Of a DNA stretch of 64,000 nt, positions 1 through 14,343 are shown in pieces. Each line of letters begins with the position of its first letter. Position 1 is the first letter of the stretch. The DNA comes from the human T2T-CHM13v2.0 reference genome, Homo sapiens, in assembly GCF_009914755.1 (NCBI RefSeq), contig NC_060948.1, one strand, 5' to 3'. The translations under genes and the position numbers were made by a program. The notes under the pieces were generated by a model that saw only the letters and a program-made list of their open reading frames with translations, had not been told where the DNA came from and ran no database searches.

Positions 1-495
1 GGAATGGGAACGAATGGAGTGAAATTGTATGCAGTAGAAGAGAATAGAATGGAATGCAAGCGAAAGGAAAGGAATGGATTGGAATGGAATGGAATTCATT
101 GGAATGGAAGGGAATGTAGTGTAATGGACAGGCCTGGAATAAAGTGGAATGCTACGGTCTCGAATGGAATAAAAATGTATGGAATGGAATGCAATGAAAC
201 GGAATCGAATGTCATAGAATGTAATGGAATGCAAAAAAATGGAATCCAAAATCATTGACAGGAAAGGCTGGGTGTCGAAAGGAATTGACTCCAATGGAAT
301 GGAATCGAATGGAATGGAAGTGAATAGAATCGAACTAAATCGAATGGAATGGAATTGATAGGAACGGAATGGAAAGGAATGCAATGATTTGGCATGGAAT
401 GGAATCGAATGGCATCGAATGGAATGCAATGGAATGGAATGTATTAGAATGTAATGAACTTTAATGGAATGTACTCGAATGGATTCGACTGGAAT

Positions 496-510
496 GGAAT
501 GTTCTGGAAG
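496..510. promoter_or_regulatory. Perfect heat-shock element motif HSE-A (gGAAt gTTCt gGAAg); representative copy, present in all 19 copies
   Basis: Sequence matches nGAAnnTTCnnGAAn; other copies at e.g. 4054, 11156, 32511, 53316 and 63972. Binding is inferred. Confidence 0.55.
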
Positions 511-760
511 TGAATGGACTCCAATGGAATGGATTCCAAAGGAATGGAATCGTACGGAATGGAATCTAATGGAATGGAATTAAATGGAAATGAATCAAAT
601 TGAATAGCACGGAATTGAATTGAATGGAATGGAATGCAATGGAATCTAATGAAACGGAAAGGAAAGGAATGGAATGGAATGGAATGGGCTGGAATGGAAA
701 GGAATCGAAACGAATGGAATGGAATCGAAGTGAAGAGACTGCAATGGAATGCACTGGAAT

Positions 761-775
761 GGAAGGTTCTCGAAA
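761..775. promoter_or_regulatory. Perfect heat-shock element motif HSE-B (gGAAg gTTCt cGAAa); representative copy, present in all 18 units
   Basis: Sequence matches nGAAnnTTCnnGAAn; the U2 variant (ggaaagttctcgaaa, 4319) changes only an n position. Confidence 0.55.
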
Positions 776-3542
776 TAAATGGAATCGAATGGAATGGAAT
801 TGAATGGAACGGAATAGTGTCGAATGGAATTGAATGGAATGGAATGGACTAGAGTGAAATGGAATCGAACCACAAGGAATGGACAGGAATAGAATGGTCT
901 CGAATTGAATGGAATCGTATGGAATGGCATCAAACGGAATGGAATGGACAGCCACGGAATGGAATGCACTCGAATGCAATGGAGTCGAAACTAATGGACT
1001 GGAATAGAATGGACTCGACTGGTACGGACTCCAATGTAATGGAATCGAATGGAAGGGAATCGAACGGAAGGGAATCGAACGGAATGGACTCGAAGGGAAA
1101 AGACTGCAATGGAAAGGTCTCGAATGGAATGGAAATTAATGGAATGGAATGGAATCGAATGAAATGGAGTCAAAAGGAATGGAATCGAATGGCAAGAAAT
1201 CGAATGTAATGGAATCGCCAGGAATTGATGTGAACGGAACGGAATGGAATGGAATCCAAAGGAATGGAATAGAATGGAATGGAATCGAATGGAAAGGACT
1301 CGAATGGAAATCACTCGAATAGAATGCAATTTAATAAAATAGGATCAAATGTAATGGAATGGAATGGAAAGGAATCGAAAGAAAGGAATGGAGACAGATG
1401 GAATGGAATGGAACAGAGAACAATGGTATAGAATGGAATGGAATCATCTGGAATGGAATTGAATGGAATGGAATAATATGAAATGGAATGGAATGGAATG
1501 GAATGGAATGCCCTTGAATTAAATGGACTGGAATGGAATGGACTCAAACAGAGTGGAATGGAAAGTGTGGAGATAGAATGGAATGAACTCCTTTGGAATG
1601 GTGTAGTATGCAATGCAATCGACTGGCAGGGAATCAAAAGGAATGTAATCGAATGGATTGGACTGGAATGCAATGGACTCGAATAGATTGGAAACGGAAT
1701 GCAAAGGAATGGAATGGAATAGTATGGAATGCAATGGAAGGGAATGGAGTGGAATAGACTAGAGTGGAATGGAATGGACTGGAAAGCAATGGACTGGAAT
1801 GGAACTTTCTTGGATGGACTGGAATCAAACGGAATGGAATGCAATGCAATCAAATGGCATGGAATAAAATAGAATGAAAGAGAATCAAATGGAATTGAAT
1901 CGAATGGAATCGAATGGATTGGAAAGGAATAGAATGGAATGGAATGGAATTGACTCAAATGGAATGGACTAGAATGGAATGTATTCGAATGGAAGGCAAA
2001 GGAATGGAATCTATTGGAATGGACTGTAATGGAATGGAATGGAAGGGATTGGAATGGACTCGAATGGAATGGACTGCAATAGAAAGGATTCGAATGGAAT
2101 GAAAAAGAATTGAATGGAATAGAACAGAATGGAATCAAATCGAATGAAATGGAATGGAATAGAAAGGAATGGAATGAAATGGAATGGAAAGGATTCGAAT
2201 GGAATGCAATCGAATGGAATGGAATCGAACGGAATGGAATAAAATGGAAGAAAACTGGCAAGAAATGGAATCGAAATGAATGGAGTGTTATGGAACGGAC
2301 TCAAAAGGAATTGAATGTAATAGAATGGAGTGGAGTGGACTCGAATATAATGGACTGGAATGGAATGAAATCACATGGAATGGGAACGAATGGAATGGAA
2401 TGGAAAGGAATGGAATCGAATGGAAAGGAATCGAATGGAAGGGAATGAAATTGAATCAACAGGAATGGAAGGGAATAGAATAGACGGTAATGGAATGGAC
2501 TCGAATAGAATGGACACGAATGCTCAAATTAAATGGACTCGAATGGAATGGAAACGAAAGGAATGTCATCGAATGGAATTGAATCGATTGGAATGAAATC
2601 GCATAGAATGGAGTGGAATCAAATGGAATTGAATCGAAAGGAAAGGAAGCGAATGGACTGAAATGAAATGGAATGGAATTGAATGGAAAGTAATGCAATG
2701 GAATAGAATGGAACGAAATTTCACGGAATGGAATCAAACTGAATGGAATCAAATCAATGGAATCTAATCAAATGGAATGGAAAGGAATTGAATGGAGTAG
2801 ATGGGATTGGATGGGATTGGAATGAAATGTACTGGAAAGGACTCGAATTTCATGAAACGGAATGGAATGAATTGGAACGGAATGGACTCGAATGGAATGG
2901 AATGTCATGGGATGGCATCAAATGGAATGACATCAAATGGAATGGAATCGAATGCAATGGAATGCTATGGAATGGAATGGAATGCATTAGAATGGAATGT
3001 CCTCTAATGGAATGGATTCGAGTGGAATGGAATCGAATATAATGGAGTCGAATGAAATGGAATTGAAAGGAATGGGATCGAATACAATGGAATATACTGG
3101 AATGTAACGTAATGAACTCGAATGTAATTGACTGGAATGGAATGTACATGAATGGAATGTAATCGAATGGAAAGTAATCGAATGGAATAGAATCTAATGC
3201 AATAAAATCGACTCAGATAGAGTAGAATGTAATGGAATGGAGTGCAGTGCAACGGAATGGAATGGAATGGAATGCAATGGAATGGAATGGAATGGAATGG
3301 AATGGAATGGAATGGGATGGAATGGTATGGAATGGATAGTAATGGACTGGAGTGAAATGGACTGGAAAGGAATGGACTCAAATTGAAAGGGCTCGAAAGG
3401 AATGGAGTCAAATGGAATGGTCTGGAATGGAATGAACACGAATGTAATGCAACCCAATAGAATGGAATCGAATGGCATGGAATATAAAGAAATGGAATCG
3501 AAGAGAATGGAAACAAATGGAATGGAATTGAATGGAATGGAA

Positions 3543-3696
3543 TTGAATGGAATGGGAACGAATGGAGTGAAATTGTATGCAGTAGAAGAGAATAGAATGG
3601 AATGCAAGCGAAAGGAAAGGAATGGATTGGAATGGAATGGAATTCATTGGAATGGAAGGGAATGTAGTGTAATGGACAGGCCTGGAATAAAGTGGA
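3543..3696. other. Segment bounded by the classic DYZ1 sexing-PCR primer sites (154 bp), representative copy
   Basis: TTGAATGGAATGGGAACGAATGG at 3543 and GGACAGGCCTGGAATAAAGTGGA at 3674-3696. Identification with the Y1.1/Y1.2 primers is from memory. Confidence 0.7.
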
Positions 3697-6600
3697 ATGC
3701 TACGGTCTCGAATGGAATAAAAATGTATGGAATGGAATGCAATGAAACGGAATCGAATGTCATAGAATGTAATGGAATGCAAAAAAATGGAATCCAAAAT
3801 CATTGACTGGAAAGGCTGGGTGTCGAAAGGAATTGACTCCAATGGAATGGAATCGAATGAAATGGAAGTGAATAGAATCGAACTAAATCGAATGGAATGG
3901 AATTGATAGGAACGGAATGGAAAGGAATGCAATGATTTGGCATGGAATGGAATCGAATGGCATCGAATGGAATGGAATGGAATGCAATGGAATGGAATGT
4001 ATTAGAATGTAATGAACTTTAATGGAATGTACTCGAATGGATTCGACTGGAATGGAATGTTCTGGAAGTGAATGGACTCCAATGGAATGGATTCCAAAGG
4101 AATGGAATCGTACGGAATGGAATCTAATGGAATGGAATTAAATGGAAATGAATCAAATTGAATAGCACGGAATTGAATTGAATGGAATGGAATGCAATGG
4201 AATCTAATGAAACGGAAAGGAAAGGAATGGAATGGAATGGAATGGGCTGGAATGGAAAGGAATCGAAACGAATGGAATGGAATCGAAGTGAAGAGACTGC
4301 AATGGAATGCACTGGAATGGAAAGTTCTCGAAAAAAATGGAATCGAATGGAATGGAATTGAATGGAACGGAATAGTGTCGAATGGAATTGAATGGAATGG
4401 AATGGACTAGAGTGAAATGGAATCGAACCACAAGGAATGGACAGGAATAGAATGGTCTCGAATTGAATGGAATCGTATGGAATGGCATCAAACGGAATGG
4501 AATGGACAGCCACGGAATGGAATGCACTCGAATGCAATGGAGTCGAAACTAATGGACTGGAATAGAATGGACTCGACTGGTACGGACTCCAATGGAATGG
4601 AATCGAATGGAAGGGAATCGAACGGAAGGGAATCGAACGGAATGCACTCGAAGGGAAAAGACTGCAATGGAAAGGTCTCGAATTGAATGGAAATTAATGG
4701 AATGGAATGGAATCGAATGAAATGGAGTCAAAAGGAATGGAATCGAATGGCAAGAAATCGAATGTAATGGAATCGCCAGGAATTGATGTGAACGGAACGG
4801 AATGGAATGGAATCCAAAGGAATGGAATAGAATGGAATGGAATCGAATGGAAAGGACTCGAATGGAAATCACTCGAATAGAATGCAATTTAATAAAATAG
4901 GATCAAATGTAATGGAATGGAATGGAAAGGAATCGAAACGAAAGGAATGGAGACAGATGGAATGGAATGGAAGAGAGAGCAATGGTATAGAATGGAATGG
5001 AATCATCTGGAATGGAATTGAATGGAATGGAATAATATGAAATGGAATGGAATGGAATGGAATGGAATGCCCTTGAATTAAATGGACTGGAATGGAATGG
5101 ACTCAAACAGAGTGGAATGGAAAGTGTGGAGATAGAATGGAATGAACTCCTTTGGAATGGTGTAGTTTGCAATGCAATCGACTGGCAGGGAATCAAAAGG
5201 AATGTAATCGAATGGATTGGACTGGAATGCAATGGACTCGAATAGATTGGAAACGGAATGCAAAGGAATGGAATGGAATAGTATGGAATGCAATGGAAGG
5301 GAATGGAGTGGAATAGACTAGAGTGGAATGGAATGGACTGGAAAGCAATGCACTGGAATGGAACTTTCTTGGATGGACTGGAATCAAACGGAATGGAATG
5401 CAATGCAATCAAATGGCATGGAATAAAATAGAATGAAAGAGAATCAAATGGAATTGAATCGAATGGAATCGAATGGATTGGAAAGGAATAGAATGGAATG
5501 GAATGGAATTGACTCAAATGGAATGGACTAGAATGGAATGGATTCGAATGGAAGGCAAAGGAATGGAATCTATTGGAATGGACTGTAATGGAATGGAATG
5601 GAAGGGATTGGAATGGACTCGAATGGAATGGACTGCAATAGAAAGGATTCGAATGGAATGAAAAAGAATTGAATGGAATAGAACAGAATGGAATCAAATC
5701 GAATGAAATGGAATGGAATAGAAAGGAATGGAATGAAATGGAATGGAAAGGATTCGAATGGAATGCAATCGAATGGAATGGAATCGAACGGAATGGAATA
5801 AAATGGAAGAAAACTGGCAAGAAATGGAATCGAAATGAATGGAGTGTTATGGAACGGACTCAAAAGGAATTGAATGTAACAGAATGGAGTGGAGTGGACT
5901 CGAATATAATGGACTGGAATGGAATGAAATCACATGGAATGGGAACGAATGGAATGGAATGGAAAGGAATGGAATCGAATGGAAAGGAATCGAATGGAAG
6001 GGAATGAAATTGAATCAACAGGAATGGAAGGGAATAGAATAGACTGTAATGGAATGGACTCGAATAGAATGGACACGAATGCTCAAATTAAATGGACTCG
6101 AATGGAATGGAAACGAAAGGAATGTCATCGAATGGAATTGAATCGATTGGAATGAAATCGCATAGAATGGAGTGGAATCAAATGGAATTGAATCGAAAGG
6201 AAAGGAAGCGAATGGACTGAAATGAAATGGAATGGAATTGAATGGAAAGTAATGCAATGGAATAGAATGGAACGAAATTTCACGGAATGGAATCAAACTG
6301 AATGGAATCAAATCAATGGAATCAAATCAAATGGAATGGAAAGGAATTGAATGGAGTAGATGGGATTGGATGGGATTGGAATGAAATGTACTGGAAAGGA
6401 CTCGAATTTCATGAAACGGAATGGAATGAATTGGAACGGAATGGACTCGAATGGAATGGAATGTCATGGGATGGCATCAAATGTAATGGCATCAAATGGA
6501 ATGGAATCGAATGCAATGGAATGCTATGGAATGGAATGGAATGCATTGGAATGGAATGTCCTCTAATGGAATGGATTCGAGTGGAATGGAATTGAATATA

Positions 6601-7222
6601 ATGGAGTCGAATGAAATGGAATTGAAAGGAATGGGATCGAATACAATGGAATATACTGGAATGTAACGTAATGAACTCGAATGTAATTGACTGGAATGGA
6701 ATGTACATGAATGGAATGTAATCGAATGGAAAGTAATCCAATGGAATAGAATCTAATGCAATAAAATCGACTCAGATAGAGTAGAATGTAATGGAATGGA
6801 GTGCAGTGCAATGGAATGGAATGGAATGGAATGCAATGGAATGGAATGGAATGGAATGGAATGGAATGGAATGGGATGGAATGGTATGGAATGGATAGTA
6901 ATGGACTGGAGTGAAATGGACTGGAAAGGAATGGACTCAAATTGAAAGGGCTCGAAAGGAATGGAGTCAAATGGAATGGTCTGGAATGGAATGAACACGA
7001 ATGTAATGCAACCCAATAGAATGGAATCGAATGGCATGGAATAGAAAGAAATGGAATCGAAGAGAATGGAAACAAATGGAATGGAATTGAATGGAATGGG
7101 AACGAATGGAGTGAAATTGTATGCAGTAGAAGAGAATAGAATGGAATGCAAGCGAAAGGAAAGGAATGGATTGGAATGGAATGGAATTCATTGGAATGGA
7201 AGGGAATGTAGTGTAATGGACA
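3679..7222 (+). repeat. DYZ1 unit U2 (3544 bp)
   Basis: Landmark spacing; shares U1 variants. Confidence 0.9.
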
Positions 7223-10200
7223 GGCCTGGAATAAAGTGGAATGCTACGGTCTCGAATGGAATAAAAATGTATGGAATGGAATGCAATGAAACGGAATCGA
7301 ATGTCATAGAATGTAATGGAATGCAAAAAAATGGAATCCAAAATCATTGACTGGAAAGGCTGGGTGTCGAAAGGAATTGACTCCAATGGAATGGAATCGA
7401 ATGGAATGGAAGTGAATAGAATCGAACTAAATCGAATGGAATGGAATTGATAGGAACGGAATGGAAAGGAATGCAATGATTTGGCATGGAATGGAATCGA
7501 ATGGCATCGAATGGAATGGAATGGAATGCAATGGAATGGAATGTATTAGAATGTAATGAACTTTAATGGAATGTACTCGAATGGATTCGACTGGAATGGA
7601 ATGTTCTGGAAGTGAATGGACTCCAATGGAATGGATTCAAAAGGAATGGAATCGTACGGAATGGAATCTAATGGAATGCAATTAAATGGAAATGAATCAA
7701 ATTGAATAGCACGGAATTGAATTGAATGGAATGGAATGCAATGGAATCTAATGAAACGGAAAGGAAAGGAATGGAATGGAATGGAATGGGCTGGAATGGA
7801 AAGGAATCGAAACGAATGGAATGGAATCGAACTGAAGAGACTGGAATGGAATGCACTGGAATGGAAGGGAGTGTAATGGAAGGTTCTCGAAAAAAATGGA
7901 ATCGAATGGAATGCAATTGAATGGAACGGAATAGATTCGAATGGAATTGAATGGAATGGAATGGACTAGAGTGAAATGGAATCGAACCACAAGGAATGGA
8001 CAGGAATAGAATGGTCTCGAATTGAATGGAATCGTATGGAATGGCATCAAACGGAATGGAATGGACAGCCACGGAATGGAATGCACTCGAATGCAATGGA
8101 GTCGAAACTAACGGACTGGAATAGAATGGACTCGACTGGTACGGACTCCAATGGAATGGAATCGAATGGAAGGGAATCGAACGGAAGGGAATCGAATGGA
8201 ATGGACTCGAAGGGAAAAGACTGCAATGGAAAGGTCTCGAATGGAATGGAAATTAATGGAATGGAATGGAATCGAATGAAATGGAGTCAAAAGGAATGGA
8301 ATCGAATGGCAAGAAATCGAATGTAATGGAATCGCAAGGAATTGATGTGAACGGAACGGAATGGAATGGAATCCAAAGGAATGGAATAGAATGGAATGGA
8401 ATCGAATGGAAAGGACTCGAATGGAAATCACTCGAATAGAATGCAATTTAATAAAATAGGATCAAATGTAATGGAATGGAATGGAAAGGAATCGAAACGA
8501 AAGGAATGGAGACAGATGGAATGGAATGGAACAGAGAGCAATGGTATAGAATGGAATGGAATCATCTGGAATGGAATTGAATGGAATGGAATGATATGAA
8601 ATGGAATGGAATGGAATGGAATGGAATGCCCTTGAATTAAATGGACTGGACTCGAACAGAGTGGAATGGAAAGTGTGGAGATAGAATGGAATGAACTCCT
8701 TTGGGATGGTCTAGTAGGCAATGCAATCGACTGGCAGGGAATCAAAAGGAATGTAATCGAATGGATTGGACTGGAATGCAATGGACTCGAATAGATTGGA
8801 AACGGAATGCAAAGAATGGAATGGAATAGTATGGAATGGAATGGAAAGGAATGGAGTGGAATAGACTAGAGTGGAATGGAATGGACTGGAAAGCAATGGA
8901 CTGGAATGGAACTTTGTTGAATGGACTGGAATCAAACGGAATGGAATGCAATGCAATCAAATGGCATGGAATAAAATAGAATGAAAGAGAATCAAATGGA
9001 ATTGAATCGAATGGAATCGAATGGATTGGAAAGGAATAGAATGGAATGGAATGGAATTGACTCAAATGGAATGGACTAGAATGGAATGGATTCGAATGGA
9101 AGGCAAAGGAATGGAATCTATTGGAATGGACTGTAATGGAATGGAATGGAAGGGATTGGAATGGACTCGAATGGAATGGACTGCAATAGAAAGGATTCGA
9201 ATGGAATGAAAAAGAATTGAATGGAATAGAACAGAATGGAATCAAATCGAATGAAATGGAATGGAATAGAAAGGAATGGAATGAAATGGAATGGAAAGGA
9301 TTCGAATGGAATGCAATCGAATGGAATGGAATCGAACGGAATGGAATAAAATGGAAGAAAACTGGCAAGAAATGGAATCGAAATGAATGGAGTGTTATGG
9401 AACGGACTCAAAAGGAATTGAATGTAATAGATTGGAGTGGAGTGGACTCGAATATAATGGACTGGAATGGAATGAAATCACATGGAATGGGAACGAATGG
9501 AATGGAATGGAAAGGAATGGAATCGAATGGAAAGGAATCGAATGGAAGGGAATGAAATTGAATCAACAGGAATGGAAGAGAATAGAATAGACGGTAATGG
9601 AATGGACTCGAATAGAATGGACACGAATGCTCAAATTGAATGGACTCGAATGGAATGGAAACGAAAGGAATGTCATCGAATGGAATTGAATGGATTGGAA
9701 TGAAATCGCATAGAATGGAGTGGAATCAAATGGAATTGAATCGAAAGGAAAGGAAGCGAATGGACTGAAATGAAATGGAATGGAATTGAATGGAAAGTAA
9801 TGCAATGGAATAGAATGGAACGAAATTTCACGGAATGGAATCAAACTGAATGGAATCAAATCAATGGAATCAAATCAAATGGAATGGAAAGGAATTGAAT
9901 GGAGTAGATGGGATTGGATGGGATTGGAATGAAGTGTACTGGAAAGGACTCGAATTTCATGAAACGGAATGGAATGAATTGGAACGGAATGGACTCGAAT
10001 GGAATGGAATGTCATGGGATGGCATCAAATGGAATGGCATCAAATGGAATGGAATCGAATGCAATGGAATGCTATGGAATGGAATGGAATGCATTGGAAT
10101 GGAATGTCCTCTAATGGAATGGATTCGAGTGGAATGGAATTGAATATAATGGAGTCGAATGAAATGGAATTGAAAGGAATGGGATCGAATACAATGGAAT

Positions 10201-10780
10201 ATACTGGAATGTAACGTAATGAACTCGAATGTAATTGACTGGAATGGAATGTACATGAATGGAATGTAATCGAATGGAAAGTAATCCAATGGAATAGAAT
10301 CTAATGCAATAAAATCGACTCAGATAGAGTAGAATGTAATGGAATGGAGTGCAGTGCAATGGAATGGAATGGAATGGAATGCAATGGAATGGAATGGAAT
10401 GGAATGGAATGGAATGGAATGGAATGGAATGGGATGGAATGGTATGGAATGGATAGTAATGGACTGGAGTGAAATGGACTGGAAAGGAATGGACTCAAAT
10501 TGAAAGGGCTCGAAAGGAATGGAGTCAAATGGAATGGTCTGGAATGGAATGAACACGAATGTAATGCAACCCAATAGAATGGAATCGAATGGCATGGAAT
10601 ATAAAGAAATGGAATCGAAGAGAATGGAAACAAATGGAATGGAATTGAATGGAATGGGAACGAATGGAGTGAAATTGTATGCAGTAGAAGAGAATAGAAT
10701 GGAATGCAAGCGAAAGGAAAGGAATGGATTGGAATGGAATGGAATTCATTGGAATGGAAGGGAATGTAGTGTAATGGACA
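7223..10780 (+). repeat. DYZ1 unit U3 (3558 bp)
   Basis: Landmark spacing; CTAAC, AGTAGGCAAT and GCAAAGAAT variants. Confidence 0.9.
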
Positions 10781-13700
10781 GGCCTGGAATAAAGTGGAAT
10801 GCTACGGTCTCGAATGGAATAAAAATGTATGGAATGGAATGCAATGAAACGGAATCGAATGTCATAGAATGTAATGGAATGCAAAAAAATGGAATCCAAA
10901 ATCATTGACTGGAAAGGCTGGGTGTCGAAAGGAATTGACTCCAATGGAATGGAATCGAATGGAATGGAAGTGAATAGAATCGAACTAAATCGAATGGAAT
11001 GGAATTGATAGGAACGGAATGGAAAGGAATGCAATGATTTGGCATGGAATGGAATCGAATGGCATCGAATGGAATGGAATGGAATGCAATGGAATGGAAT
11101 GTATTAGAATGTAATGAACTTTAATGGAATGTACTCGAATGGATTCGACTGGAATGGAATGTTCTGGAAGTGAATGGACTCCAATGGAATGGATTCAAAA
11201 GGAATGGAATCGTACGGAATGGAATCTAATGGAATGCAATTAAATGGAAATGAATCAAATTGAATAGCACGGAATTGAATTGAATGGAATGGAATGCAAT
11301 GGAATCTAATGAAACGGAAAGGAAAGGAATGGAATGGAATGGAATGGGCTGGAATGGAAAGGAATCGAAACGAATGGAATGGAATCGAACTGAAGAGACT
11401 GGAATGGAATGCACTGGAATGGAAGGGAGTGTAATGGAAGGTTCTCGAAAAAAATGGAATCGAATGGAATGGAATTGAATGGAACGGAATAGAGTCGAAT
11501 GGAATTGAATGGAATGGAATGGACTAGAGTGAAATGGAATCGAACCACAAGGAATGGACAGGAATAGAATGGTCTCGAATTGAATGGAATCGTATGGAAT
11601 GGCATCAAACGGAATGGAATGGACAGCCACGGAATGGAATGCACTCGAATGCAATGGAGTCGAAACTAACGGACTGGAATAGAATGGACTCGACTGGTAC
11701 GGACTCCAATGGAATGGAATCGAATGGAAGGGAATCGAACGGAAGGGAATCGAACGGAATGGACTCGAAGGGAAAAGACTGCAATGGAAAGGTCTCGAAT
11801 GGAATGGAAATTAATGGAATGGAATGGAGTCGAATGAAATGGAGTCAAAAGGAATGGAATCGAATGGCAAGAAATCGAATGTAATGGAATCGCAAGGAAT
11901 TGATGTGAACGGAACGGAATGGAATGGAATCCAAAGGAATGGAATAGAATGGAATGGAATCGAATGGAAAGGACTCGAATGGAAATCACTCGAATAGAAT
12001 GCAATTTAATAAAATAGGATCAAATGTAATGTAATGGAATGGAAAGGAATCGAAACGAAAGGAATGGAGACAGATGGAATGGAATGGAACAGAGAGCAAT
12101 GGTATAGAATGGAATGGAATCATCTGGAATGGAATTGAATGGAATGGAATAATATGAAATGGAATGGAATGGAATGGAATGGAATGCCCTTGAATTAAAT
12201 GGACTGGAATGGAATGGACTCAAACAGAGTGGAATGGAAAGTGTGGAGATAGAATGGAATGAACTCCTTTGGAATGGTCTAGTAGGCAATGCAATCGACT
12301 GGCAGGGAATCAAAAGGAATGTAATCGAATGGATTGGACTGGAATGCAATGGACTCGAATAGATTGGAAACGGAATGCAAAGAATGGAATGGAATAGTAT
12401 GGAATGGAATGGAAAGGAATGGAGTGGAACAGTCTAAAGTGGAATGGAATGGACTGGAAAGCAATGGACTGGAATGGAACTTTCTTGAATGGACTGGAAT
12501 CAAACGGAATGGAATGCAATGCAATCAAATGGCATGGAATAAAATAGAATGAAAGAGAATCAAATGGAATTGAATCGAATGGAATCGAATGGATTGGAAA
12601 GGAATAGAATGGAATGGAATGGAATTGACTCAAATGGAATGGACTAGAATGGAATGGATTCGAATGGAAGGTAAAGGAATGGAATCTATTGGAATGGACT
12701 GTAATGGAATGGAATGGAAGGGATTGGAATGGACTCGAATGGAATGGACTGCAATAGAAAGGATTCGAATGGAATGAAAAAGAATTGAATGGAATAGAAC
12801 AGAATGGAATCAAATCGAATGAAATGGAATGGAATAGAAAGGAATGGAATGAAATGGAATGGAAAGGATTCGAATGGAATGCAATCGAATGGAATGGAAT
12901 CGAACGGAATGGAATAAAATGGAAGAAAACTGGCAAGAAATGGAATCGAAATGAATGGAGTGTTATGGAACGGACTCAAAAGGAATTGAATGTAATAGAA
13001 TGGAGTGGAGTGGACTCGAATATAATGGACTGGAATGGAATGAAATCACATGGAATGGGAACGAATGGAATGGAATGGAAAGGAATGGAATCGAATGGAA
13101 AGGAATCGAATGGAAGGGAATGAAATTGAATCAACAGGAATGGAAGGGAATAGAATAGACGGTAATGGAATGGACTCGAATAGAATGGACACGAATGCTC
13201 AAATTGAATGGACTCGAATGGAATGGAAACGAAAGGAATGTCATCGAATGGAATTGAATCGATTGGAATGAAATCGCATAGAATGGAGTGGAATCAAATG
13301 GAATTGAATCGAAAGGAAAGGAAGCGAATGGACTGAAATGAAATGGAATGGAATTGAATGGAAAGTAATGCAATGGAATAGAATGGAACGAAATTTCACG
13401 GAATGGAATCAAACTGAATGGAATCAAATCAATGGAATCAAATCAAATGGAATGGAAAGGAATTGAATGGAGTAGATTGGATTGGATGGGATTGGAATGA
13501 AATGTACTGGAAAGGACTCGAATTTCATGAAACGGAATGGAATGAATTGGAACGGAATGGACTCGAATGGAATGGAATGTCATGGGATGGCATCAAATGG
13601 AATGGCATCAAATGGAATGGAATCGAATGCAATGGAATGCTATGGAATGGAATGGAATGCATTGGAATGGAATGTCCTCTAATGGAATGGATTCGAGTGG

Positions 13701-14343
13701 AATGGAATTGAATATAATGGAGTCGAATGAAATGGAATTGAAAGGAATGGGATCGAATACAATGGAATATACTGGAATGTAACGTAATGAACTCGAATGT
13801 AATTGACTGGAATGGAATGTACATGAATGGAATGTAATCGAATGGAAAGTAATCCAATGGAATAGAATCTAATGCAATAAAATCGACTCAGATAGAGTAG
13901 AATGTAATGGAATGGAGTGCAGTGCAATGGAATGGAATGGAATGGAATGCAATGTAATGGAATGGAATGGAATGGAATGGAATGGAATGGAATGGGATGG
14001 AATGGTATGGAATGGATAGTAATGGACTGGAGTGAAATGGACTGGAAAGGAATGGACTCAAATTGAAAGGGCTCGAAAGGAATGGAGTCAAATGGAATGG
14101 TCTGGAATGGAATGAACACGAATGTAATGCAACCCAATAGAATGGAATCGAATGGCATGGAATAGAAAGAAATGGAATCGAAGAGAATGGAAACAAATGG
14201 AATGGAATTGAATGGAATGGGAACGAATGGAGTGAAATTGTATGCAGTAGAAGAGAATAGAATGGAATGCAAGCGAAAGGAAAGGAATGGATTGGAATGG
14301 AATGGAATTCATTGGAATGGAAGGGAATGTAGTGTAATGGACA
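10781..14343 (+). repeat. DYZ1 unit U4 (3563 bp)
   Basis: Landmark spacing. Confidence 0.9.
12476..12490. promoter_or_regulatory. Polymorphic heat-shock element motif HSE-C (gGAAc tTTCt tGAAt); representative intact copy
   Basis: Intact in 10 of 18 units, mutated in 7, deleted in U11. Confidence 0.45.

Larger units (their letters stand above)
131..3678 (+). repeat. DYZ1 unit U1 (3548 bp)
   Basis: GGCC landmark 131 to next at 3679; lacks the 15-mer GGAAGGGAGTGTAAT; 1-bp deletion near 1380. Confidence 0.9.

Noticed and set aside
2801-2820. G-rich patch ATGGGATTGGATGGGATTGG as a G-quadruplex
   Set aside because: It has only two GGG runs and does not meet the canonical four-run pattern.
138-3206. 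Several AATAAA polyadenylation-like hexamers per unit (138, 168, 1333, 1863, 2238, 3201)
   Set aside because: They arise readily from GGAAT followed by an AAA-starting variant pentamer; there is no supporting transcript evidence in the sequence.
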